Shown piece after piece: positions 56,626-64,000 of a DNA stretch of 64,000 bases. The DNA comes from Spirochaetia bacterium (lineage in GTDB: Bacteria; Spirochaetota; Spirochaetia; UBA9216). Every line of letters begins with the position of its first letter. The stretch's first letter is position 1. A program made the translations under genes and the position numbers. Below the pieces are notes generated by a model. That model had not been told where the DNA came from and ran no database searches. It was given only the letters and a program-made list of their open reading frames with translations. The stretch covers positions 2,080,001 through 2,144,000 of the forward strand of contig CAXXYH010000003.1 in the NCBI GenBank assembly GCA_963677925.2, written 5' to 3'.

Positions 56626-57621
56626 TTATTCAGTTCTTTCCTTATCAAGTGCTTTCTGCAGAAGAACAGCACCAAGGATTAATATTCCCTTTATAAGATC
56701 GTTTACAAAGGCCGGCACCTGGAATGCTGAAAGGATTGCATCGATAGCATACAGAATTACAGCACCGAAAAATGACCCCTGTATACGGCCGCGGCCGCCT
56801 GCCATTGAGGTACCGCCTATCGCAACAGCTGCAATAACATCCAGTTCAAATCCCTTTCCTGCAGTCGCAACATCGACAGAGCCGAAACGCGTAATGTAGA
56901 GAAAACCGGCTATACCGGTCAAAATCCCGGTAATGGTGAATATTGATACCTTTACAAGTTTAACATTAATACCTGTTAATCTGGCTGCTCTTTCATTAGA
57001 TCCGATAGCATACACATATCGACCGAATTTGGTTTTAGTCATCAGAAACCATACAGCAACTGTGATCAGTATAAAAATTATTACCAGGTAGGGTATCGGC
57101 CCGAGCTTTCCGTAGCCGATAGGCCGGAGAATATCGAAGTAGGTATCATTGTTTACAATCTGAGGACCGCCGTCGCCGAACTGGATTGTGATTGATCGAT
57201 AGCCTACAAGAGTAGCCAGCGTGACAATAAATGCTGCTACATTGGCTATTCCGACAAAAAGTCCGTTAAACAGTCCCAGAAGAAGTCCCATTCCTACAGT
57301 TGTGGCCAATGTCAGGAAAATACTGCTTGTTGAATTGAAAACAACAACACCCATAGCAGCTGTAAGTCCGAGAATGGAGCCAACCGAAAGATCAATATTG
57401 CCGGATATAATCACAAGAGACATTCCAAGTGCGATTATTCCAATAAAAACCGAAGATTTCAGCAGGTTTATAAGGCTGGCAGCTGAAAGAAACTGATCAC
57501 TTGCGATTCGTCCAATTAATAAGAGTAGAATCAGCGACAGAATATAATTGTGGTCAATTACAAGTTTCTTCAATAATATTATAATTTTTTCTTTTCGTTC
57601 GTTCTTTATTACTGTATCCAT
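56626..57621 (-). CDS. Sugar ABC permease (RbsC-like)
   Basis: GNIDLSVG, TKFGRYVYAIGSNERAA.L.GI, ELDVIAAVAIGG. Confidence 0.93.
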   Translation of the reverse strand: MDTVIKNERKEKIIILLKKLVIDHNYILSLILLLLIGRIASDQFLSAASLINLLKSSVFIGIIALGMSLVIISGNIDLSVGSILGLTAAMGVVVFNSTSSIFLTLATTVGMGLLLGLFNGLFVGIANVAAFIVTLATLVGYRSITIQFGDGGPQIVNNDTYFDILRPIGYGKLGPIPYLVIIFILITVAVWFLMTKTKFGRYVYAIGSNERAARLTGINVKLVKVSIFTITGILTGIAGFLYITRFGSVDVATAGKGFELDVIAAVAIGGTSMAGGRGRIQGSFFGAVILYAIDAILSAFQVPAFVNDLIKGILILGAVLLQKALDKERTE

Positions 57622-57624
57622 TTC

Positions 57625-59124
57625 CTATCCCACCTTCCTGTTTGAGCCGGTTGCATAATACATAACATCAATTTCATTGAGTTCGCTGCGGGGAAGTTCC
57701 TTATTTATTTCCCCTTTATACATTACCAGACAACGGTCGGCAATTTTGTAGATTTCCGGGTATTCTGAACTGAAAACCAGAACACTTTTCCCCGCTTCAG
57801 CTAATTTTGTAATCAATTGGTATATTTCAAATTTCGCCCCGACATCAATTCCCTGGGTGGGGTTATCTAAAATATAGACATCAGAATCCAGACCGAACCA
57901 GCGGGAGAATATAACTTTCTGCTGGTTTCCTCCGCTTAAAGAAGTTATCAAATGCTCAGGATCTGCGGCTTTTATATTTGTGATTTTTTTACTGTCTTCA
58001 AATCGTTTCCGTTCTTCTTTATCGCTTATATAAATTTTATTATGCTTACTGGTAAAGAACGCCATCGAAAGATTATCCTTTATTGAAAGATCCTTTAAAA
58101 TTGATCTTTCCTTTCTGTTTCTGGGAACCATCGAGACCCCGGACTTCATCACTTTCAGGATGGAGGCCGACTGTATTTCCTTTCCATTGAGTAAAATCTT
58201 TCCGCCGGTAATCTTCCGGGCTCCGAAAAGGCATTCACTCAGCTCGCCTCTTCCGTCTCCGAAAAGTCCGGTCACTGCAACAATTTCACCCTTGTGGAGT
58301 GAGAAATTAATATTTTTAAAATGTTCTCCGCAGCTGAGATCCTGCACGTCCATGACTACAGTATCCTGATCTACAACATTAGTTTTTTCTACAACTTCAT
58401 CATTAAGACTTCTTCCGACAAGCATCTCGGTTGCCTGCTGTTCATTAATATCCGCAAAATTTCCGGTGGCAACAAATTTACCGTCTCTCATAACCGTGTA
58501 GCGATCACAAATCTCAAACAACTCTGGCATCTTATGTGAAATATAGATGCAGCTTATTCCCTCAGATTTGAGTCCGCGCATAATTTCGAAAAGGTTATTT
58601 ATTTCTTCGTTATTAAGAGCCGTAGTAGGCTCATCCATTATTATCAGTCTGCAGTCAAACAGAAGCGCTCTTGCAATTTCAACAAGCTGCTTTCTTGAAG
58701 TATCAAGATTCCGCAGATATTCGTTAGGATCTATATCAAGCTTCATCTTCTTTAGAATTACTTCAGATTTTTTTATCATCTCTTTCTTTTTCTGAATAAA
58801 TCCGGCATAGGTCAGCTCGTTATGCAGAAAAAGGTTTTCATAAACCTTAAGGTCATTAACAAGGTTTAATTCCTGATGAATAAATCTTATTCCGGCATGT
58901 GCAGATTTGACAGGAGTTAAATGTGAGTGGTCTTCTCCGTCAATCAGTATTTTTCCGGAATCCTGTCTGAGTATACCGCCCAGAACATTCATCAGTGTAG
59001 ACTTTCCGGCTCCGTTCTCGCCAAGGAGCCCGTGGATTTCCGAATCTCCTACTGTAAGAGAAACATCCTGAACTGCCTTAACAGCATCAAAACTTTTATA
59101 AATGTTTTTCATCTCTAAGTGCAT
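57625..59124 (-). CDS. Sugar ABC ATPase (RbsA-like)
   Basis: GENGAGKSTL, MDEPT, YISH, LSGGNQQK. Confidence 0.93.
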   Translation of the reverse strand: MHLEMKNIYKSFDAVKAVQDVSLTVGDSEIHGLLGENGAGKSTLMNVLGGILRQDSGKILIDGEDHSHLTPVKSAHAGIRFIHQELNLVNDLKVYENLFLHNELTYAGFIQKKKEMIKKSEVILKKMKLDIDPNEYLRNLDTSRKQLVEIARALLFDCRLIIMDEPTTALNNEEINNLFEIMRGLKSEGISCIYISHKMPELFEICDRYTVMRDGKFVATGNFADINEQQATEMLVGRSLNDEVVEKTNVVDQDTVVMDVQDLSCGEHFKNINFSLHKGEIVAVTGLFGDGRGELSECLFGARKITGGKILLNGKEIQSASILKVMKSGVSMVPRNRKERSILKDLSIKDNLSMAFFTSKHNKIYISDKEERKRFEDSKKITNIKAADPEHLITSLSGGNQQKVIFSRWFGLDSDVYILDNPTQGIDVGAKFEIYQLITKLAEAGKSVLVFSSEYPEIYKIADRCLVMYKGEINKELPRSELNEIDVMYYATGSNRKVG

Positions 59125-59143
59125 TGAAAATCCCTTCCTGAGA

Positions 59144-59175
59144 AAAATGGCCGGTAACTAAGCACCGGCCATTTT
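59144..59175 (-). terminator. Hairpin after the SBP gene
   Basis: AAAATGGCCGGT...ACCGGCCATTTT perfect 12-bp stem. Confidence 0.75.
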
Positions 59176-59182
59176 ATTTAGT

Positions 59183-60190
59183 CTAATAAAAAGAATACCG
59201 CAGGGTGTAAACCGGGCCCTTCTTGAATTCTTTATAGTTACTGTTATCAACCATCTCTGTAGGAACAAGGTGCATACCTGAAACGTCTTTTCCGTCAAGA
59301 ACATCAATTCCAAGCTGGATAGCATCTACTACCATAGCAGGTGAGAATGAGAAAGTAACGATATCGATTCCAATCTCTTTGTAGTGGTCATAAACATCGA
59401 GAAGTTCTCTTGGGGCACTTACAGCTGAAACAAGCTTGATGTTCAGATCTGCATCACCGTCATAACCTTCAATTGCTGCAAGAAGGCCGAAAGCTACATC
59501 TGCATCATGGTTAAAAATTGCCCTGATACTTTCAACTTCTTCCTTGGTACTTGAACTGAGGAATGTTTCAAGCTGTGTCTGAGCTGTATCCTTGCTCCAG
59601 TTTGTAACATAGTCATTTACTCGTACAAAGTTGGGGCTGGCTGTTTTCCAGAATCCATCAGATCTCTGCTTGGGAACACTTGAGTTATCACCCTTGAACT
59701 CGAGCATGTTTACTTTGCCCTTTGCAAGTTCGTCTTTGAAGTATTCATTGAAATAAAGTCCTGAGTCTTCACCGATGGTGAAATTGTCACCCATAAGTTC
59801 TGCAGTTTCATCAAAATTTGAAATAAGTCTGTCATAGATAATCAGCGGAATTCCGGCATCTACAATAGTCTGTGCAGCAGCTTTAAGTTCATCACCGTTA
59901 TGGGGCCATAGAACTACAACATCAGCACCCTGTGCAACTACAGTGTCAATCTGGTTTGCCTGCTCAACTACATCATCAGATACAAGAAACACGTGCTCGT
60001 ATCCTGCAGCTTCTGCAAGACCCTTTGTTGCATGTTCAGCATGTTTGATACTTTCTCCCAGAAAACCATGGTCAGCGCTCGGCATAATAACGGCAATTTT
60101 TTTTGCACCGCTTTCCTTCTGCCCGCCTGCGAAAACTACGGCTGTTCCTGCTATAGCAAGAACCAGTAAGAACGCAATCAGTTTTTTCAT
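59183..60190 (-). CDS. Sugar ABC substrate-binding protein (RbsB-like)
   Basis: VFAGGQKE signal end, PSADHG, GIPLIIYDR, GDN..IG. Confidence 0.9.
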   Translation of the reverse strand: MKKLIAFLLVLAIAGTAVVFAGGQKESGAKKIAVIMPSADHGFLGESIKHAEHATKGLAEAAGYEHVFLVSDDVVEQANQIDTVVAQGADVVVLWPHNGDELKAAAQTIVDAGIPLIIYDRLISNFDETAELMGDNFTIGEDSGLYFNEYFKDELAKGKVNMLEFKGDNSSVPKQRSDGFWKTASPNFVRVNDYVTNWSKDTAQTQLETFLSSSTKEEVESIRAIFNHDADVAFGLLAAIEGYDGDADLNIKLVSAVSAPRELLDVYDHYKEIGIDIVTFSFSPAMVVDAIQLGIDVLDGKDVSGMHLVPTEMVDNSNYKEFKKGPVYTLRYSFY

Positions 60191-60247
60191 TTTTTCGCTC
60201 CTTTTCAGAATTCACTGAATTCTTTAATCTTTATTTATCCAGTCTTT

Positions 60248-61381
60248 TCAGGCTGTTAAATCCTTCATTGAAACCACAGGCAGATCCATCGCCTGCGGTA
60301 TTTCAAGTGCTTCGGGTCTGGTGCAACTGTAACCCTTGTCCGCAGTCAGCGGCCAGATCATCGGTTTCATAAATGACAGACAGGCAGAAAAGCCCTGTTC
60401 AATAGCTGCATCATTATCTGTGCCCTTTGAGTTGGCTCCTTCATTCTCAATAGAGAAAACTCCGTCATAGCCGCTCTGCATCAGATAGTCAGTAAAGGCC
60501 CGCCAGTCCATAGAATCTGAACCGCCGAATCCAGGAACCATCGGTTCATAGGAAAATCTGTCCCATTCATGAGCGGCCGAAGGGATTCCTGCGGCATCAG
60601 CAAGTTCTTTTGAGATCAGCTGCTTTCCATATACATGTCCCCAGTGAATTGCACCGGCGTCATTTTTCATTCTTGTAGTTTTAAGGTGTACAGCTTTGAG
60701 CCTGCTCATATCCATATTTTTTAAGACATCTACCGGATCAACAAACTGCCATACATCATGACTTGGGTCATAGGTTTCACCATGTGCTTTACTTGGAATG
60801 AGGCTGTACATAAGCTTTCTTGCAGCAAGGGTTGAACAGAGGTTGTTCATTGTCCCGTACTGACCGGCCGGTCTCCAGCCTTCCATAGGACAGTTTTCAT
60901 AAACAACTGTTACTCCAAGATCTTCAGCGTACTTGATTATCGGAGTAAAAATTCTTTTGTACTCCAGCAGGTTTTTTTCAAAAGAACCGTCTTCAAGATC
61001 CCATTCATGGTTGTAGCCCACAAAAGAACCGACGGTTACTCCATTGCTGTCACCGCCCAGCAGGGCTGCCATTCTTATGAGTTTTAAAAGATGATTCTGA
61101 TTATGAACTCTCTGAGCTTCATCTCCGCCTATGAGGTTCTCAAATGCGCCTATTGAAAAGCGGAGTCCGCTGATATTGAATAGTTCGAGTATTTTTTTTG
61201 CCTCATCAGAATTGAAGCCCTCATAGTCAAGATGTGTGGCTACGTGATCCTCGCGTGTGCCGTCCTTGCGGAAAACACAAAGCTCTAATCCCTGAAGCCC
61301 TATCCTAAGCGATGTTTCAATCAGCTGGGGAAGGCTTCGATCAGGAAAGGCAGAGCTCATCATCCAAACAGGATTATTCAT
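60248..61381 (-). CDS. Sugar-phosphate isomerase/epimerase-family TIM-barrel protein
   Basis: GLELC, YENCPM, YDPSH..WQ..DP, HLK, PGFGG.D.MDW, SIENE metal ligands. Confidence 0.85.
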   Translation of the reverse strand: MNNPVWMMSSAFPDRSLPQLIETSLRIGLQGLELCVFRKDGTREDHVATHLDYEGFNSDEAKKILELFNISGLRFSIGAFENLIGGDEAQRVHNQNHLLKLIRMAALLGGDSNGVTVGSFVGYNHEWDLEDGSFEKNLLEYKRIFTPIIKYAEDLGVTVVYENCPMEGWRPAGQYGTMNNLCSTLAARKLMYSLIPSKAHGETYDPSHDVWQFVDPVDVLKNMDMSRLKAVHLKTTRMKNDAGAIHWGHVYGKQLISKELADAAGIPSAAHEWDRFSYEPMVPGFGGSDSMDWRAFTDYLMQSGYDGVFSIENEGANSKGTDNDAAIEQGFSACLSFMKPMIWPLTADKGYSCTRPEALEIPQAMDLPVVSMKDLTA

Positions 61382-61383
61382 TA

Positions 61384-62541
61384 TTACACCTCTACCCAGG
61401 AATCAGTTTCAACACTCTTAATTACAGCTTCGCAGAGAAGCATTTCAGACAGACCGTCTTTGAGAGTGGGATAGTCGGGAGCCGAGCCCATATCAATACC
61501 AAGAAGATCTGAGTAAAATTCACGCAAAACCCATTTCAGAGTATCGCCGTAACCTTCCTGATGACCGCCCGGATAACCGGACATTGTCGCGGCATGGTCA
61601 TGCATTAACGAGGGGTCTTTCATCAGAATCTCATTAGCGGAATTCCTGTGCCCGATTTTTATCAGGTTGGGTTCTTCAGAATTCCAGGAAAATGAGGCTT
61701 TGGTTCCCATCTGTCTGAACTCCATGAAATTTTTAAAACCGGCAGAAACCTGGCTTACCGTAAGATTTCCAAGCACATTATTTTCAAACTTGAAAAGAAT
61801 CTGTGCATAATCCTCGGTATCAACCTCATACGAAACATATGCTGATGTATCTTTTGAAGTTCCTTTATCGAATGTAAGGTCTTTTCCGTCTGCGCTCTTC
61901 TTTCTAGTATCATACATTCTGCTGAACTGCGCAAATACAGATTTAATTTTTAATCCGGTAATGTACTGAGCCATATCCATCCAGTGAGTTCCAATGTCGG
62001 CAACAGCCCTTGATTTACCGCTTAGTTTTGATTCGAGCCTCCAGCTGTAGTCGGTCTCGTACTGAAGCCAGTCCTGCAGATAACAGCCCTGTATTGCAAA
62101 AACTTCTCCTGCTGATTTTTCCGCGTTCCTTTCCTTCATTTCCTGAATCATAGGATAATAACGAAGATTATAGTTTACAGCTGCTTTTATCCCCTTTGAT
62201 TCCGCAAGCGCAACAAGTTCACGAGCTTCGGCCGAAGTAAGCGTCAGCGGCTTTTCACAGATTACACTCTTCCCGTGCTCAAGAGATTCCTTCACCATGG
62301 AATAATGAAGAAAGTTTGGTGTACAGATGTGAACTACATCAATATCATCCCGTTTCAGAATCTCCCTGTAATCTCCGGTATGAAAAGGGACATTCAGTTT
62401 TACTGCGGCTTCTTTAGCTTCGGCTTCGGATACTCCAGCAATAGCGGCAAGTTCCGCAAGCCCGGCATTCCTTCTAACTGCTTCTGCATGAACAGGCCCG
62501 ATATAACCGGTGCCAATCACAGCTACCTTTAGTCTACCCAT
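61384..62541 (-). CDS. Gfo/Idh/MocA oxidoreductase
   Basis: VIGTGYIG, HICTPNFLH, CEKPL, QDWL, DIGTHW.D. Confidence 0.92.
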   Translation of the reverse strand: MGRLKVAVIGTGYIGPVHAEAVRRNAGLAELAAIAGVSEAEAKEAAVKLNVPFHTGDYREILKRDDIDVVHICTPNFLHYSMVKESLEHGKSVICEKPLTLTSAEARELVALAESKGIKAAVNYNLRYYPMIQEMKERNAEKSAGEVFAIQGCYLQDWLQYETDYSWRLESKLSGKSRAVADIGTHWMDMAQYITGLKIKSVFAQFSRMYDTRKKSADGKDLTFDKGTSKDTSAYVSYEVDTEDYAQILFKFENNVLGNLTVSQVSAGFKNFMEFRQMGTKASFSWNSEEPNLIKIGHRNSANEILMKDPSLMHDHAATMSGYPGGHQEGYGDTLKWVLREFYSDLLGIDMGSAPDYPTLKDGLSEMLLCEAVIKSVETDSWVEV

Positions 62542-62683
62542 TTAGTTTGTCCTTTGGTTGTATTTATCCTGATTGTAACCCTGTATGTTCCAGCTGTCAA
62601 CCTTTTTGTTTTACCATTAAACATAATTGTCGCAAGAAGAACTTGTTGATTTTCTCAATTCCTGATACTATAGTCTCAATATT

Positions 62684-63898
62684 ATGAATAAGGCTGAACT
62701 GATAACTCCCAATACAACATCACTGATATACAACATAATCCGCACCACTGGTGAGATTAACAGGATGGGATTAACCAAAATGAGCGGGGTCTCAAAATCC
62801 ACAATCTCTCTTCAGATTAATAAACTGATCAAACTCGGACTTATAGAAGAGATTGCCCCCTCCGACAGCAGCCAGAGAAAGCTTAAGCTTAAGATACGTG
62901 AAAATATCGGTCATGTTGCCGGGGTATTTCTGGGAATTACGAAACTCAGTATGGCTATATTCAGCCTGGATATGCACATAGTGGCTGAATCTGAATTTTT
63001 CTTTGACAATATAAGCGAACCTGAATCAACCAATAAAGAAATAATCAGCCAGCTTAAAATGCTCTGTGAAAAAAATAATATCGACAAACTCTGGGGAATC
63101 GGAATAGGTTTTCCCTTTCCGGTCAACTTCAAGGAAGGAAGACCTGACTCACCGCCGAATGTTCCCCTCTGGCATGACTACCCGCTGAAGGACCTTTATG
63201 AAAAAGAGTTCGGATGTCCGGTACTTGTCGATAACGATGTAAATGTCATGGCTCTTGGTGAAAGCTACAAGGGCTGTACCCAGAACGAGTCTGACTTTCT
63301 GTTTATAAAGATCGGTACAGGAATTGGTTCGGGACTGATTGTAGACGGAAAGATTTACAGGGGAGCAAACGGCTGTGCAGGCGATATAGGGCATATTGCT
63401 GTTAATGGAAGTGATGTTCAGTGCCAGTGCGGAAACATCGGCTGTCTTGAAGCGGTTGCCGGAGGAAAGGCGCTTGGAAAAATCGCTACGGAAATGGGGA
63501 AGGCCGGTGAAAGTAAATACCTGGCAAAGCTGATACAGACCAAACCGAAACTTACTGCGGCTGACATTAATAGCGGAGCAATAGCCGGGGATCTTGCCTG
63601 TATTCAGGTAATTAAGAAAGCCGGTGCCGCTGTGGGGGAAGTAAGCGCCAAACTGGTAAACTTCTTCAATCCGTCGTTTATAGTTATCGGCGGGGGGCTG
63701 GCCGGATTCGGCAACCATTTTGTGGGCGCAATAAGAGAAGCCGTTATTCGCCGTTCACTGCACCTTGCTACATATGAGCTTACAGTCTGTGTTTCCGAAT
63801 TGAGGGACAAATCCGGCCCTACAGGCTCGGGAACCCTTATCCTGGATCATATCTTTTCATCTGAAGTCTTTTCGGAAACAATCAAAAAAAACCGGTAA
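62684..63898 (+). CDS. ROK-family transcriptional regulator
   Basis: N-terminal HTH; DNDVN.MALGE, GTGIGSG, GDIGH, CQCGNIGCLE. Confidence 0.93.
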   Translation: MNKAELITPNTTSLIYNIIRTTGEINRMGLTKMSGVSKSTISLQINKLIKLGLIEEIAPSDSSQRKLKLKIRENIGHVAGVFLGITKLSMAIFSLDMHIVAESEFFFDNISEPESTNKEIISQLKMLCEKNNIDKLWGIGIGFPFPVNFKEGRPDSPPNVPLWHDYPLKDLYEKEFGCPVLVDNDVNVMALGESYKGCTQNESDFLFIKIGTGIGSGLIVDGKIYRGANGCAGDIGHIAVNGSDVQCQCGNIGCLEAVAGGKALGKIATEMGKAGESKYLAKLIQTKPKLTAADINSGAIAGDLACIQVIKKAGAAVGEVSAKLVNFFNPSFIVIGGGLAGFGNHFVGAIREAVIRRSLHLATYELTVCVSELRDKSGPTGSGTLILDHIFSSEVFSETIKKNR

Positions 63899-63900
63899 TA

Positions 63901-64000
63901 TCAGCTTTTCACAAGCTTCAAAACCATCTCCCTGAACTCTGCCTCATTCTCTTTTCCCAGCATAAATACTGCCTCATTTTCGCAGGTGTGAAGTCTTGGT
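63901..64000 (-). CDS. 3' end of an unidentified gene entering from the right edge
   Basis: Open frame ...PRLHTCENEAVFMLGKENEAEFREMVLKLVKS with TGA at 63901-03, convergent with ROK. Confidence 0.5.
   Translation of the reverse strand, partial: PRLHTCENEAVFMLGKENEAEFREMVLKLVKS

Noticed and set aside
62542-62630. XylR/ROK-like operator (TTTGTTTTACCATTAAACATAA)
   Set aside because: Plausible position but weak symmetry in AT-rich DNA; not enough support to call.
1-64000. CRISPR array, tRNA or rRNA
   Set aside because: No regularly spaced direct repeats, cloverleafs or rRNA-like tracts seen; intergenic spaces are short.

Overview
64 kb of bacterial chromosome, most likely a free-living anaerobic spirochaete (Spirochaetaceae-like). 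This is inferred from the 'FAGGQxE/FAFGAKE' signal ends of exported proteins, a BMP/PnrA nucleoside ABC system and an Ig-repeat OmpA protein. Most of the window is metabolic or regulatory: a sigma54-controlled NhaC-RidA-PatB-DUF169 operon, an OYE-family flavoenzyme, patatin, GH1, rarD, nucleoside uptake and salvage (deoB, BMP ABC, PNP, pdp), galTKE with a LacI regulator, an ArsR metal-efflux pair, zupT, TetR/ABC exporters and a ROK-controlled sugar ABC/oxidoreductase/TIM-barrel operon. Signals read directly from the DNA that the ORF track misses: (1) a complete Phe-rich leader-peptide attenuator before a probable pheS at the left edge; (2) a dispersed ~50-nt 'GCCACGGAT...GGTAT...TTTGCACGGATT' repeat (3 long copies plus 1 fragment), one copy directly upstream of a GxxExxY nuclease-fold gene whose RBS lies in a ~125-nt hairpin, with two same-orientation copies bracketing a GxxExxY+higBA islet; (3) a one-polypeptide HK-REC-LuxR sensor convergent with an orphan three-gene envelope operon carrying tandem NarL/RcsB-like boxes; (4) two unannotated pseudogenes, one a third member of a local paralog family. 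No rRNA, tRNA, CRISPR array, transposase or integrase was seen. All family assignments are from motif recognition, not database searches.
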